A stretch of DNA of 64,000 bases from Candidatus Nitromaritima sp. SCGC AAA288-L16 (GCA_000372225.1 AQTY01000001.1:83272-147271), one strand, 5' to 3'; shown: positions 8,721 to 20,108, counted from the first letter of the stretch. Program-made: numbers and translations. Notes: generated by a model from the letters alone, not told the origin.

Positions 8721-11700
8721 TGCCTAAAAGATCGGACATAAAAAAAATTTTACTTATTGGAGCTGGACCAATTGTCATCGGTCAAGCTTGTGAATTTGAT
8801 TACTCAGGAACACAGGCATGCAAAGCTTTGAAGGAGGAAGGTTATGAAGTTGTCCTCGTTAATAGTAATCCAGCAACCATAATGACCGACCCTGGGTTTG
8901 CAGACAAAACTTATATCGAGCCAGTAACTTCTGATATTGTTGAAATGATCATTAAGAAAGACCGTCCTGATGCCCTTTTACCTACAATGGGAGGTCAGAC
9001 TGCTCTAAACACGGCTCTAGAGGTTGCTGACAAAGGTGTGCTCGATTTATACAACGTTAAATTAATTGGGGCCGATATTAGGTCAATTCGAAAAGCCGAA
9101 AATCGTCAACTTTTTAAAGAAGCAATGGTAAGCATAGGGCTTAAAGTCCCTCCTAGTGCGCTTGCTCAAACTCTTGACGAGGCGTTGCAAATTGTTAAAG
9201 ATACGGGTTTTCCCGCCATCATTCGTCCATCATTTACCCTTGGAGGTAGTGGTGGAAGTATAGCTTATGACCATAAAGAATTTGAATCCCTTGTAAAATC
9301 CGCGCTCAATACAAGCCCCACCAGTGAAGTTCTTATTGAAAAATCTCTCATCGGTTGGAAAGAATTTGAACTAGAAGTGATGCGCGACCACCAGGATAAC
9401 GTTGTCATAGTCTGCTCAATTGAAAACCTTGATCCGATGGGAATACATACTGGAGATAGCATTACTGTAGCTCCTGTTCAAACACTATCAGACAGGGAAT
9501 ATCAATTAATGCGTAATGCTGCAATCGATATCATTCGTGAAATAGGTGTCGAAACAGGTGGATCTAATATTCAATTTGCTGTAGATCCAAAAAATGGAGA
9601 TATGATAGTAATTGAGATGAACCCTCGAGTATCTCGAAGCTCAGCGTTGGCCTCAAAAGCAACAGGATTTCCAATAGCCAAAATCGCCGCTAAACTTGCT
9701 GTCGGATATACATTAAATGAGATTAAAAATGATATCACCCGTGTCACACCGGTCTCATTTGAACCTACAATAGATTATTGCGTTGTAAAAATTCCACGAT
9801 TTACTTTCGAAAAATTCATCAAAACCGACCCAGTTCTCTCTACTCAAATGAAATCAGTTGGAGAGGTGATGGCCATAGGCCGTACCTTTAAAGAATCCCT
9901 TAATAAAGCTCTTCGATCTTTAGAAATAGATGTATTTGGTTTAAGTAAAACAATAAAGGACATTTCTAGCAATTCCATTTCAAATCAAAAACAAATAAGA
10001 AATGAGCTGAAAAATATTTTAAACAGACCTCTTTGGGATCGGCTGTGGTATGTGGCAGAAGCTATTAGAAACGGATTTTCTGTTGAAGAAATATATAAAA
10101 TTACTTTTATTGATCCGTGGTTTCTTCAGAATATCAAGGACCTTATATCAATTGAAAGAGAACTAGTTTTAGCAAAAAATCTTGATGGAATGTCTAATGA
10201 ACTACTTAAAAAAGCTAAAAAGAATGGTTATTCAGATACTTTTATCGCGAATGTTCTCAATTGCAGTCCCACCGATATCCATTCTAAGCGGATTTCATCT
10301 AACATTAATCCTGTTTATAAAAAAGTTGATACCTGTGGAGCTGAATTCGAGGCTCATACACCCTATCTATACTCAACATACGAAGAGGAATGCGAGGCTA
10401 ACCCTACGAATAAAAAGAAAATCATGATACTTGGCAGTGGTCCCAATCGTATCGGACAGGGAATTGAATTTGATTATTGCTGTGTTCATGCATCCTTTGC
10501 ACTTAAAGAATATGGTTTCGAAACAATCATGGTCAATTGTAACCCTGAGACAGTGAGTACTGATTACGATACTTCTGATCGTCTATATTTTGAACCTCTC
10601 ACTTTTGAGGATGTTTTAAATATTATAGAGGTTGAAAAACCAGATGGCGTTATAGTTCAGTTTGGAGGACAAACACCTCTAAAACTTGCCGTTCCACTAA
10701 TGAGCGCTGGGGTACCAATCATTGGAACAAGTCCAGAAAATATTGACAGAGCCGAAAATAGAAAATTATTTTCTGAGGTTATGAAAACTCTCAATTTAAA
10801 ACAACCATCAAATGGAACAGCAACTACATCTGAAGAAGCGCAAGAAATTGCTGAAAAAATTGGTTACCCAGTTGTTGTACGACCCTCCTACGTTTTAGGA
10901 GGTCGCGCAATGGAAATCGTATATGATCGAGACCGCCTTGAATACTATATGAGAAATGCTGTTGAAGCATCACCTGAGCATCCAGTTTTAATTGATAGTT
11001 TTCTTGAAAATGCCACTGAAGTTGATATCGATGCTATTTCTGATGGCAAATCAGTGGTCATAGGGGGCATTATGGAACATATTGAAGAAGCGGGTATTCA
11101 TTCAGGGGATAGCGCCTGTTCACTTCCTACCTTTTCTATAAAACCTGAAATCTTAGTATCTATAAAAGATCAAACACGTAGACTTGCTCTAGAGTTAAAT
11201 GTGGTCGGTTTGATTAATATCCAGTTCGCAGTTAAGAGCGAAGAGATCTTCATTCTCGAGGTTAATCCAAGGGCGTCTAGGACTATACCGTTTGTGAGTA
11301 AGACTACCGGGATTCCTCTCGCAAAAATAGCGGCCCTTGTGATGGTTGGAAAATCATTAAATGAGCTCGGATTGACAAAGGAGCCTAGCGTATCGCATAC
11401 AGCCGTGAAAGAATCTGTTTTCCCATTCAATAAGTTTGATAACGTGGATATTCTTTTAGGGCCCGAAATGAAATCCACCGGTGAAGTCATGGGAATTGAC
11501 AAATCTTTTGGAATGGCATTCGCCAAAGCTCAGCTAGCGACTGGAATAAAACTTTTAAATAAAGGGCATGCATTTATTAGTGTTAAAGATTCAGACAAAC
11601 CTAAAGCACTAAAAATCGCTCAGGACTTTTCTAGGTATGGCTACACTATTATAGCAACGAAAGGAACAGCCCAATACCTTAACAAAAATAATTTAAATGT

Positions 11701-11974
11701 AGTTAAGGTCAATAAGGTAAAAGAGGGTTCTCCGCATATTGTCGAAAAAATTGAAAGTGGAGAAATTCAATATGTAGTTAACACAACGTTTGGTGAGCAA
11801 TCAATCAAAGATTCTTATTCATTACGGCGAGCTTCACTCAACACCAATATCCCTTATTACACAACGATGGCTGGAGCACTAGCTTTGCTCGAAGCATTGC
11901 AATCTCTAAAAGAAAATGATATGACCGTTACCTCTCTGCAAGAATTTGGATTAGAGCCGGGGAAAATTAATTAG
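8720..11974 (+). CDS. carB: carbamoyl-phosphate synthase large subunit
   Basis: 1084 aa. Duplicated ATP-grasp halves ([21 protein letters not shown] / [20 protein letters not shown]), an oligomerisation domain and a C-terminal MGS-like domain. Confidence 0.95.
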   Translation: MPKRSDIKKILLIGAGPIVIGQACEFDYSGTQACKALKEEGYEVVLVNSNPATIMTDPGFADKTYIEPVTSDIVEMIIKKDRPDALLPTMGGQTALNTALEVADKGVLDLYNVKLIGADIRSIRKAENRQLFKEAMVSIGLKVPPSALAQTLDEALQIVKDTGFPAIIRPSFTLGGSGGSIAYDHKEFESLVKSALNTSPTSEVLIEKSLIGWKEFELEVMRDHQDNVVIVCSIENLDPMGIHTGDSITVAPVQTLSDREYQLMRNAAIDIIREIGVETGGSNIQFAVDPKNGDMIVIEMNPRVSRSSALASKATGFPIAKIAAKLAVGYTLNEIKNDITRVTPVSFEPTIDYCVVKIPRFTFEKFIKTDPVLSTQMKSVGEVMAIGRTFKESLNKALRSLEIDVFGLSKTIKDISSNSISNQKQIRNELKNILNRPLWDRLWYVAEAIRNGFSVEEIYKITFIDPWFLQNIKDLISIERELVLAKNLDGMSNELLKKAKKNGYSDTFIANVLNCSPTDIHSKRISSNINPVYKKVDTCGAEFEAHTPYLYSTYEEECEANPTNKKKIMILGSGPNRIGQGIEFDYCCVHASFALKEYGFETIMVNCNPETVSTDYDTSDRLYFEPLTFEDVLNIIEVEKPDGVIVQFGGQTPLKLAVPLMSAGVPIIGTSPENIDRAENRKLFSEVMKTLNLKQPSNGTATTSEEAQEIAEKIGYPVVVRPSYVLGGRAMEIVYDRDRLEYYMRNAVEASPEHPVLIDSFLENATEVDIDAISDGKSVVIGGIMEHIEEAGIHSGDSACSLPTFSIKPEILVSIKDQTRRLALELNVVGLINIQFAVKSEEIFILEVNPRASRTIPFVSKTTGIPLAKIAALVMVGKSLNELGLTKEPSVSHTAVKESVFPFNKFDNVDILLGPEMKSTGEVMGIDKSFGMAFAKAQLATGIKLLNKGHAFISVKDSDKPKALKIAQDFSRYGYTIIATKGTAQYLNKNNLNVVKVNKVKEGSPHIVEKIESGEIQYVVNTTFGEQSIKDSYSLRRASLNTNIPYYTTMAGALALLEALQSLKENDMTVTSLQEFGLEPGKIN

Positions 11975-13005
11975 TATGACAAGGACGGCAGCCCCTTGTA
12001 GGCTCCCCAAATAATTTCGCCTTGAAAGAGATTTTTTTTCTTATCTCGATTAGAATACTTTTTGGCCAAAGGAATTATTTTACTTACCTCTAATGATTTT
12101 TTAGAGCTTCTGTTTTTAGGGACAACTAAATCACCCGGAGTAAAATTTACTCCCACAACTATTTGAGCTTTCGAGAACCGTCCTTGAACCTCACTAATCT
12201 TTATGATCCCTTTCCGGGAAAACCTGTCTCCCAAGTCGACATTATCGATTGGATCATTGAATTTAGGTTCTACAGAAAATACAGTGAACACATCTTGCAC
12301 ATTAACCCCATTTGCTTTCCCTAAATTTATAATAGCACTCTTATTTTTGTGATCGACCGATATCAAATCCCCCTCAAGCGGAACTCTATTTAAGGTTTTA
12401 TAAATAAATATCTGTACTTGATTATTCAAATTCAATAGAGCTTCCCCAATTGAATGAGTATTGAATTTGTCTAATTTATAGCTAATATTCTCCGAATCTA
12501 TATCAAAAGATTTTCGTCCGGTATTTGATTTGACTGTGAAGGTTTTTTTTGCTAACGAGCGACCCGTATGCAAATTCAACAACTCTATATTTACCTGTAT
12601 GAGTGCCTGTTCCTTATGGAATTTTGCTTCTTTCTTTGTATGCCCTTTTTTAAGAGGATTAGTATCTGGGTCGAATATTAAAATATTTCCTCGGATTTTA
12701 TACTGGCTTAATGGAGTATTTCTCAAAGAGGTAAAACTCGTCACATTGCGTTGAGATTCCTTACTAGTTTTTTCTTCTTTCTTTCCTTTATTCCCTATTT
12801 GATTTTTCATCTTATTAAATATATTTGTTTCTATTTTTTTAAAGGGTACCATTTGAAAGAAGCCTGAATCAGTAAGGCTATTTTCAAGCATCAAGGAAAA
12901 AAACTTACCTGGTTTGAATGATTTCTCCCAATCAACTGGATCAGAAAATGATTCTACTGTTATTTTTTTTATAAATTTAGCCTCTACATTGCTCTCAGAG
13001 AACAA
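11971..13005 (-). CDS. hypothetical, probably exported protein (344 aa)
   Basis: Long intact ORF. The only in-frame start candidates are TTG/CTG at 13005/13008. Upstream sequence encodes signal-peptide-like hydrophobic stretches but the ATGs are out of frame (see findings). C-terminal region [33 protein letters not shown] looks like a small beta-barrel domain. No family recognised. Confidence 0.5.
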   Translation of the reverse strand: MFSESNVEAKFIKKITVESFSDPVDWEKSFKPGKFFSLMLENSLTDSGFFQMVPFKKIETNIFNKMKNQIGNKGKKEEKTSKESQRNVTSFTSLRNTPLSQYKIRGNILIFDPDTNPLKKGHTKKEAKFHKEQALIQVNIELLNLHTGRSLAKKTFTVKSNTGRKSFDIDSENISYKLDKFNTHSIGEALLNLNNQVQIFIYKTLNRVPLEGDLISVDHKNKSAIINLGKANGVNVQDVFTVFSVEPKFNDPIDNVDLGDRFSRKGIIKISEVQGRFSKAQIVVGVNFTPGDLVVPKNRSSKKSLEVSKIIPLAKKYSNRDKKKNLFQGEIIWGAYKGLPSLSY

Positions 13006-13185
13006 CAGTAAAAAAAAATAAGAAAAAATATTAAATATGACTTTAAAAACATTTTTTTAGTTAAAGTATTCATAATAGTAAATATCGACAGTTAAGCATA
13101 AAAACTTCATAAAAATTTTTTATTTTATTAGAATAATACCTTTATTTTCTCAAATTTTGACCCTCTATACTTGCTTCCAATCATC

Positions 13186-13214
13186 TTGACCTAAGGCTTA
13201 TAGAAAAGTACAAT
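13186..13214 (+). promoter_or_regulatory. putative sigma70 promoter giving a near-leaderless transcript
   Basis: TTGACC (13186-13191), 17-nt spacer, TACAAT (13209-13214). The ATG at 13223 lies only 8 nt after the -10 element and has no Shine-Dalgarno sequence. Confidence 0.35.
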
Positions 13215-13222
13215 CACTCGCT

Positions 13223-13984
13223 ATGAAAAATTTACTATATCTTCTTTTCTTTTCTTCCCTATTGCTCCCAAACTATCAAGCACGAGCTAATTCAACGCCA
13301 GAAAATATGGTTCTTATAAAAAAGGGTTGTTTCATGATGGGAACCAACAAAATACACGACTATTTGGCTTTTGATCCAGATATCCGAGAACGCCCCAATG
13401 ATCGTGAACGACCAGTTCATAAGGTGTGCCTTGATGCATTTTATATGGATACCTATGAAACGACACAAGAAAAATGGAACAAGGTGAAGCTTTCAAATAA
13501 TTCTGTGTACAAAGCCCCCAATATTGCTGTCAATCAAATGGAATGGGAAGATGCAAATGATTATTGTGAAAAGCTCGGGAATCGTCTCCCTACGGAAGCT
13601 GAGTGGGAATACGCAGCTCGAGCAGGTACCACAATGGAGTACCCTTGGGGCGATAAAATGGACCGAAATTATGCTTGGTATGGTGGGAATTCAGGACATA
13701 CACATCATCCGGTTGCTACTAGAAAACCAAACCCATGGGGATTATATGACATGCATGGAGGGGTTTGGGAATGGGTTAGTGATTGGTATGGCGAGTTCTA
13801 CTATAAAACCAGCCCACTGAAAAATCCAAAAGGTCCATCAAATATTTTGAGCTGGCATGTAATCAGAGGAGGATCATGGATTGATGACAAACAATTTGTT
13901 CGAACCACCATCCGATATCCCGGGTTAGCTGATCATACGGATGATTTCTGGGTTGGCTTCCGATGTGCCAGAGATTTAAATTAA
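13223..13984 (+). CDS. formylglycine-generating-enzyme (FGE/SUMF1) family protein, secreted
   Basis: Signal peptide MKNLLYLLFFSSLLLPNYQARA. LPTEAEWEYAARAG, NPWGLYDMHGGVWEWVSDWY, IRGGSW, GFRCARD. Confidence 0.85.
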   Translation: MKNLLYLLFFSSLLLPNYQARANSTPENMVLIKKGCFMMGTNKIHDYLAFDPDIRERPNDRERPVHKVCLDAFYMDTYETTQEKWNKVKLSNNSVYKAPNIAVNQMEWEDANDYCEKLGNRLPTEAEWEYAARAGTTMEYPWGDKMDRNYAWYGGNSGHTHHPVATRKPNPWGLYDMHGGVWEWVSDWYGEFYYKTSPLKNPKGPSNILSWHVIRGGSWIDDKQFVRTTIRYPGLADHTDDFWVGFRCARDLN

Positions 13985-14018
13985 ACAATACGTCAAATCA
14001 AAAATCTCTCACTCTGTA

Positions 14019-14663
14019 ATGTCTTTTGTTTTTGATTCACGAACAGTCAATCGTTTATATAAAAAACTTAGATCAAGTATTCCTATAGCCAGAACAGAGT
14101 TGGTCTACAGTAATTATTTTGAACTGTTAATAGCAGTAATGCTTACTGCTCAGGCAACAGATAAAATCGTAAATGAAGTAACCCCATCACTTTTTAAAAA
14201 ATGTCCCAGCCCAAAAAATTTTATTTTATACGGTGAAAAAAAACTAGCTCACTTGATAAAAAGAATCGGGTTAGCACCTACCAAAGCTAAAAATATTATT
14301 CTCACGTGTCAAATATTATTAAAAAATCACAATGGTGTTATACCTAAAACTCGAGAGGAGTTAGTAGAACTTCCGGGTGTTGGTAGAAAAACGGCGAATG
14401 TTGTTTTAAATGAAGCATTTGGAATACCTACTATAGCAGTCGATACACATGTTTTTAGAGTTGCCAATCGCACAGGATTAGCGAAGGGAAAGACTGTCCT
14501 TGAAATAGAAAAAAAATTAATAGAAGTAACTCCAGATAAGTGGAAAAAAGACGCGCACCACTATCTAATTCTCCATGGACGTTATGTTTGCAAAGCAAAA
14601 AATTTTAAATGCTCAAACTGCTCCATCAAAAAAGAATGTCAGTTTAAAAATAAAACTAAATAG
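14019..14663 (+). CDS. nth: endonuclease III
   Basis: HhH-GPD motif LPGVGRKTANVVLNEAFG, VDTHVFRV, and a C-x6-C-x2-C-x5-C [4Fe-4S] loop (CKAKNFKCSNCSIKKEC). Confidence 0.9.
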   Translation: MSFVFDSRTVNRLYKKLRSSIPIARTELVYSNYFELLIAVMLTAQATDKIVNEVTPSLFKKCPSPKNFILYGEKKLAHLIKRIGLAPTKAKNIILTCQILLKNHNGVIPKTREELVELPGVGRKTANVVLNEAFGIPTIAVDTHVFRVANRTGLAKGKTVLEIEKKLIEVTPDKWKKDAHHYLILHGRYVCKAKNFKCSNCSIKKECQFKNKTK

Positions 14664-14665
14664 AA

Positions 14666-15424
14666 ATGACCACAAAAAGAAATTATGCAGAGCTTGTAAA
14701 TCGATTAAGCAAAAAACTAAATAATACCTTGCAATTTTTTACACTTGACCACATAAAATATTCAAATAACAAATATCCCTTCTATAAAATAATATTAGGA
14801 GATCATAATCCGAAGCGGGCGCTAATTTCAGCAGGAATTCATGGAGATGAACCGGCTGGAATTGAAACAATATGCTCTTTTTTAGAAAATGGTAGATACA
14901 AAGCACATTTGGATCAATGGGAAATCACTATACTTCCATGTATTAATCCTTATGGTTTTGAAAATGATACCCGTGAAAACCATGAGAACAAAGATTTAAA
15001 CCGCTTATTTAAGGATCATAATCCTCCACTTGAAGTACAATTAGCGAAATCGATTTTTAAGCCTTCATATTTTGATATATCAATTGAATTACATGAGGAT
15101 TGCGATAGCCACGGCTATTACTTGTTTCAAAAATCTAATAAACCCAATGGGCTTAAAATCGGAGTTAAAATTATTGAAGCACTGAAAGGCATTATTTCAA
15201 TTAACTCAGATAAAACTATTGAGAACATGCCTGCCGATAAAGGCGTTATACACAGAATAAAAGACATCAATCAGATGGAATGGTGGCCTATGGCTGGATA
15301 TTCGCTTTCAATGAAAACAGACCATTGCTTAACCCTTGAAACTCCAACCAAGCTAGCTATGGCGACTCGTGTACGTGCGCACCTCGTGGCCCTGGATAAT
15401 GCCTTAATGTGTTGTCGACAATGA
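14666..15424 (+). CDS. M14 / succinylglutamate-desuccinylase-aspartoacylase superfamily zinc hydrolase
   Basis: ISAGIHGDEPAG (HxxE zinc motif), NPYGF, and a distal His in IELHED. Confidence 0.65.
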   Translation: MTTKRNYAELVNRLSKKLNNTLQFFTLDHIKYSNNKYPFYKIILGDHNPKRALISAGIHGDEPAGIETICSFLENGRYKAHLDQWEITILPCINPYGFENDTRENHENKDLNRLFKDHNPPLEVQLAKSIFKPSYFDISIELHEDCDSHGYYLFQKSNKPNGLKIGVKIIEALKGIISINSDKTIENMPADKGVIHRIKDINQMEWWPMAGYSLSMKTDHCLTLETPTKLAMATRVRAHLVALDNALMCCRQ

Positions 15425-15475
15425 AGCCGTAGTATTCAATTTCATACAAGGGTAGCAAAAAAATATGCGGGGGAC

Positions 15476-17674
15476 TTAACTGGACTTGATGGGAGATATA
15501 ATAGGAACAACTATTGGCTCTCCAACGGGAATAGAATTGATGTCCTTCCCTGGATTATAACTATCAAGCAACCAGAAAGGGATAGCGTATATTTCGTTAC
15601 ATATTTCCCATGCGGTTTCTCCCTTGGCCATATTTCGTACTAAAAGCTTATCAATCATAAAATTATTAAAAAAATCTTCCTGTATAGCTTTATGGTATTC
15701 CTGTCGTTTTTCTTCAAAAAGATCTGGTTGCACATTTAAGAATGGAATTTTTATTTCTGCATGAATATTTAACTTAGAACTCTTATTCATCCTATTAAGA
15801 TTTATAATTTTTTTAACCGGTAATTTACTCCACTCCGCATAGTGACTTAATGTTTCATCAAAATCTACAATAATGATTCCAACCTGAGATGAGCTTTGGG
15901 TATTGTTCCTAGTAGCAAAGGAAACCGGGCGAAATGCAGGCCTACCCTGATTGGCTTTATCTACAGATTTAATATGAGCAAGATTAACTTTAAAGTCTTT
16001 AGTTGTTAGTTTTTCTGAATTATTTCTTTTTGGATCAGATTTATAAGCATTTAGGTGGACAACTTTAGATCTGGATGCAATCTGTATTCGATTATTTAAT
16101 GATTTTTCTCCAGAAGGAACTTTTAACAACTGACCGCGAATAATCTGATCCGGATATTTAATTCGATTTAACCTGAGTAACTCGTTTACTTCAGTATCAA
16201 ATCGATTAGCAATTTTCGTTAGATTATCATTGCTACGTACTTGATAGTTAATTAGCTCACCACTATATTTCTTCTGATTTTGCTTTACCATACGAACTGA
16301 AGGGTAAGCCGAACCTCCCCTACTAGGCAAACGAACTACCTGCCCTATATATATTTTATTTCTATGAGTCAGGTTGTTATATGAATATAACTTATTGACT
16401 GAAGTTGTAAATCGCGATGCAATTTCCGAAAGGGTATCCCCTCTCCGAACGGTATACCATTTTGAGCGAATCTGATTATTATGACGCTCACTAGCTGGAA
16501 TAATCTGATAAAAATCTCTTCGTTGAGAAAATTTATTTTGGGGTGCTTGAAAGGTAAAGTTTCGTGGGATTCGCTTCTGACCAGATATAACTGGCCTTCT
16601 AAGAGCAGGATTATATTTTGCTACTTCATCTCTTGTCATATTCAAGCTAGACATAACACTATTTATGTGGACAAAATCTTTAAAAACAACGGAAGATAAA
16701 TTTAGAGCTTTATTAAAATTAGCATATGGGAAGTATTTATTCTTATTTTTCACAACATGCAGTGCCGCTAAAAATTCCGCATAGAAATTTTTAGAGGCAA
16801 AACCAAAGCTACGGCTTCTGTAGCCATTGATCACATCAACAATGTTGGCTCCATAACGTTTTTTAGCATTTTTCATTCCCTGAGTGCCATGATTATATGC
16901 TGTAATTGCAAGTGGCCAACTTTGCAACGCATCAAAGTTTGATTTTAAAAGTTTCGCTCCAGCAATAGTAGATAAAATTGGATCTCTGCGTTCATCCACA
17001 TCATAACCAACATTCATAAACAAACGCCCTGTTCCACGAGTAAATTGCCAAATTCCAGCCGCCCCGGCACTGGAGTAAGCATTTACTTGAAATGAAGACT
17101 CGACATGCGGGAGCACCGTTAACTCTAAAGGTAGTTTAGCTTCAGAGAAAATTTGATTAATTTGATCTTTATACATGCCGGAACGTTCAATACCTGACTT
17201 AAAGCGATCCTTCTGGCCTACTTGAACTCTTATTCTCCGGGAGGCTTTTCTAAAATCTGACTTAACCAAGTGGTACACTCTTTTAGCGTCACCTTTTAAG
17301 GACAGATGTTTTTTTGTTCTGGCTATTTGGAGTAGCAACTTTTTATACTTTCTTTTAACCCTTTCAAACCTGTATTCCCTTGCCCTATTGGACATTTTTG
17401 AACCGTTTTTTATATAAACAATCTCATAAATTATGCCAAGGTTATCCATGTCATGAACAACATAATGATCTGTAGAGTATTCAGAATAGATTTTTTTCCA
17501 AAACTCTACCTTTGACTCAAGGCCTACCGGGGTCGAAAAATGATAATGGTGCAATGTGTGAACTTCTCTGTTCAGCTTTGCATGTGCATTACCTTGAAAA
17601 GAAAACAACAATATCAAAAACAGGGGAAAAGTCTTTATAGCTATATCCAATAAATTTTTATCTTTCACTTGCAT
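15476..17674 (-). CDS. membrane-bound lytic murein transglycosylase D-like (SLT domain plus LysM repeats)
   Basis: Signal peptide. SLT catalytic region PHVESSF..SSAGAAGIWQFTRGTG. LysM repeats YTVRRGDTLSEIASRF and YQVRSNDNLTKIANRF. Confidence 0.85.
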   Translation of the reverse strand: MQVKDKNLLDIAIKTFPLFLILLFSFQGNAHAKLNREVHTLHHYHFSTPVGLESKVEFWKKIYSEYSTDHYVVHDMDNLGIIYEIVYIKNGSKMSNRAREYRFERVKRKYKKLLLQIARTKKHLSLKGDAKRVYHLVKSDFRKASRRIRVQVGQKDRFKSGIERSGMYKDQINQIFSEAKLPLELTVLPHVESSFQVNAYSSAGAAGIWQFTRGTGRLFMNVGYDVDERRDPILSTIAGAKLLKSNFDALQSWPLAITAYNHGTQGMKNAKKRYGANIVDVINGYRSRSFGFASKNFYAEFLAALHVVKNKNKYFPYANFNKALNLSSVVFKDFVHINSVMSSLNMTRDEVAKYNPALRRPVISGQKRIPRNFTFQAPQNKFSQRRDFYQIIPASERHNNQIRSKWYTVRRGDTLSEIASRFTTSVNKLYSYNNLTHRNKIYIGQVVRLPSRGGSAYPSVRMVKQNQKKYSGELINYQVRSNDNLTKIANRFDTEVNELLRLNRIKYPDQIIRGQLLKVPSGEKSLNNRIQIASRSKVVHLNAYKSDPKRNNSEKLTTKDFKVNLAHIKSVDKANQGRPAFRPVSFATRNNTQSSSQVGIIIVDFDETLSHYAEWSKLPVKKIINLNRMNKSSKLNIHAEIKIPFLNVQPDLFEEKRQEYHKAIQEDFFNNFMIDKLLVRNMAKGETAWEICNEIYAIPFWLLDSYNPGKDINSIPVGEPIVVPIISPIKSS

Positions 17675-17859
17675 GAAGTTTTGTTTTTTAAAAGGGGTGA
17701 AAACAATAAATAAAGTAGGACTTGAAAAGGGTTTAAAGTTTTATTATAAAGCCATTTAAACGCTTTATTTTTCAACAAGCTAACAAAGCTTATGCATACA
17801 GTCAAGAAAAACCTCCCCCCTGAAATTAAACTTTTAAAATCATTAACTCCCATCTAAGC

Positions 17860-18150
17860 TTATTTAACTTTCGACGAATACTCACCATTGAGCTTATACA
17901 CAAAGGACAATAATTCAGCCACAACCTGGTATAAGGATGCCGGAATTTCTCTATTTAAATCAACTTGCGAGAGAAGGTGGACCAAGTCTGGATCTTCCTT
18001 AATCGGAACATTATTTTCTTTTGCCAAAGAAATAATTTTTTCCGCAATTAGTCCCTTACCCTTTGCAGTAACAACGGGAGATTTGTTAACTCGATTGTCG
18101 TACTGAAGCGACACTGCAGACCGATCGGGCTTCTTTTCGATGTTACTCAT
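17860..18150 (-). CDS. free-standing FlhB C-terminal-domain protein (EscU/YscU/HrcU family fragment)
   Basis: SAVSLQYDNRVNKSPVVTAKGKGLIAEKIISLAKENNVPIKEDPDLVHLL...EIPASLYQVVAELLSFVYKL aligns with the FlhB segment immediately after the NPTH autocleavage site (AVALQYD..APKVVAKGAG..). No NPTH, no TM region. Confidence 0.8.
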   Translation of the reverse strand: MSNIEKKPDRSAVSLQYDNRVNKSPVVTAKGKGLIAEKIISLAKENNVPIKEDPDLVHLLSQVDLNREIPASLYQVVAELLSFVYKLNGEYSSKVK

Positions 18151-19706
18151 GTTGTTAAATCCACCAATCTATCAGAGTCACATGCTAATAACTGGTTTAA
18201 TTGTTTATCCAATTCTCTGTCAATATTACCAACAACTGAACAGGATGCATTAACCTCAAAACCTAAGTCTCCTAAGCAAGAACAAAAATCTTTAAGATTA
18301 CTGTCTATAAATTGGGCTACATTTTGATTTTCAACATCAATTCGGACTGATATAGACTCCTTATTCATTTTTGCATCAACACGAAGGTTTCCGAGCGCTG
18401 ATAATTGCAACAGAAAAACAAGAAGCACATCATCATTATTTTTATTGCCTTTTCCTTTTCCCTCATCTTCAGGCCGTCGCAAATAAAGATTAACTGTCTT
18501 ACCAATCATAAAGGGATCAGGAATTTGTAACAAGATAAGTTGATTTTCTTGACGTGCAAATTGATTGGTCAACTGCTGTAATTCAATATTTTCAATTGCT
18601 CGGTGTAAAACTTTAACAATCTCCATAAATTGACGCCGCTGACTAACTGAAGTATCTTTTTCAACACTCCGTATCTCTATCAATTCCAATAACTTTATAA
18701 GTTGCCCTTTTAAGTCATTTTTTACATTAAGTGGGACTTCAAAAGGCTCTTTCCTTTGAAAAATATTTTTTACTTTTGGCTCGTAATTTATGCCTGATAA
18801 ATCTATTTGTTGTTTTAGTTGGGCACTGCCTTGACTTGGAAAATTTTTTACCAGGGGTGGAGTTTTGAGAAAATTCAAAGTTTTGGCTAAACGCCCAACT
18901 AAACCGGTTTTAGCACTGAGATTTTTAATATCCTCAGATGAATTAACCAAGATATCTAGTTTTTCAAGCATTTCACCAAACGGCTCTTTAAAAGGTAATA
19001 AAGATTTAATTTTAAAAATATCAACCAGCTTAGGCGTACTATCCGGAGGAACCACAAGCCTAAATCCATCTCCGTGTGGGGTTACTACTAAAGAAACATT
19101 TTCCCCAGTCTTGGGTAGCACAGAAGAAAAGTAGGCAGTTATCAATTTATTTTCAAAATTAACAACTATATTATTTTTTCCAGAAACATCTACAACGGTA
19201 GCCTTTATTGATTCACCCGATGTGAGGTTCATATTGTCGATTTCACGTGCCGACAAATCTCTAGAAATAATATTACTAGGTTTTGATAGGGTGGGATTAG
19301 GGTTAGAATCAAAAATTGATTTTTTATCGAACACTTGACTTGATGGAATTTTAGAAAAATTTTTGTCAGAGATTTGGGTTCTATCCTCAAAACTAGGTGA
19401 CGGGGAAGCTAAATGAGAGTCGAGTATTTTTATCTGTAATGGTAATTCAGAGGAAGGTTTATACACTCGAGCGGAAAATGAATGCCCTGGAGTTAAAGGA
19501 TGTCGTGTTTCAACCGTTACCCGTTTATTAAACATTTTTATAATAGCTTTATTTTTCTCGGGCAATGATTCTAAAACGGTAGCCTGGAATAGTGCTCCCG
19601 ATTTGAGAAACTTGTTTAAGCTAGGGAGAGTATCGAGAGAACTATTGACCAATATCAATTTCAATGAATTTTCAGATAGACCTTCAGGAATCAATTCAAC
19701 CTCCAA
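18147..19706 (-). CDS. FliK-like hook-length-control-type protein
   Basis: 519 aa with a Ser/Pro/Asn-rich disordered middle. The C-terminal segment LLQLSALGNLRVDAKMNKESISVRIDVENQNVAQFIDSNLKDFCSCLGDLGFEV fits the Flg_hook domain pattern. 4-nt overlap with the downstream FlhB-C-like gene, a pairing seen in many genomes. Confidence 0.55.
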   Translation of the reverse strand: MEVELIPEGLSENSLKLILVNSSLDTLPSLNKFLKSGALFQATVLESLPEKNKAIIKMFNKRVTVETRHPLTPGHSFSARVYKPSSELPLQIKILDSHLASPSPSFEDRTQISDKNFSKIPSSQVFDKKSIFDSNPNPTLSKPSNIISRDLSAREIDNMNLTSGESIKATVVDVSGKNNIVVNFENKLITAYFSSVLPKTGENVSLVVTPHGDGFRLVVPPDSTPKLVDIFKIKSLLPFKEPFGEMLEKLDILVNSSEDIKNLSAKTGLVGRLAKTLNFLKTPPLVKNFPSQGSAQLKQQIDLSGINYEPKVKNIFQRKEPFEVPLNVKNDLKGQLIKLLELIEIRSVEKDTSVSQRRQFMEIVKVLHRAIENIELQQLTNQFARQENQLILLQIPDPFMIGKTVNLYLRRPEDEGKGKGNKNNDDVLLVFLLQLSALGNLRVDAKMNKESISVRIDVENQNVAQFIDSNLKDFCSCLGDLGFEVNASCSVVGNIDRELDKQLNQLLACDSDRLVDLTT

Positions 19707-19766
19707 TTAAAAAGCAAAGGATTGATCATTGCAAAAACAAAAGAACATATAGTTTTTGATTTTTTT

Positions 19767-20108
19767 TTAAACGGTAAGATTGATGTTCTGCCCTTGGTGA
19801 GAATCACCTTTAAAGACATTTTCTTGAGTAGAATTTGGGAGGGCCTTTTCAAGATCATTATTTTGCTTTGATTTATTGCGAAGTCTAATCTCGCGCCTTC
19901 GTTTGGCCTCAGGGCTAATTGAGTCTGCGGCTTCTGTTTTCTCAGGGTCCTGAACTTCAATTTGTTTCAATTCATTTACAGCAACTTGTTCCTCCTGAAT
20001 TTGCTGAGCAGTAATTGACGGAAGTTGCTGCATAGTCTGCTGCAACTTTTCCGCATGTGTTCCCATTTGAAGAGTTTGCTGAGTATTTACAATTTCTGTG
20101 GTTGGCAT
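19767..20108 (-). CDS. hypothetical Gln/Glu-rich protein (113 aa)
   Basis: Intact ORF upstream of the FliK-like gene with a promoter-like element upstream. No recognised motif. Confidence 0.4.
   Translation of the reverse strand: MPTTEIVNTQQTLQMGTHAEKLQQTMQQLPSITAQQIQEEQVAVNELKQIEVQDPEKTEAADSISPEAKRRREIRLRNKSKQNNDLEKALPNSTQENVFKGDSHQGQNINLTV

Noticed and set aside
17665-17853. 62-aa ORF filling the gap between the FlhB-C-like gene and the mltD-like gene; also 19691-19960 overlapping the 113-aa ORF
   Set aside because: It overlaps the mltD-like start. It is hydrophobic/low-complexity sequence from AT-rich intergenic DNA with no RBS or motif. More likely promoter/UTR sequence.
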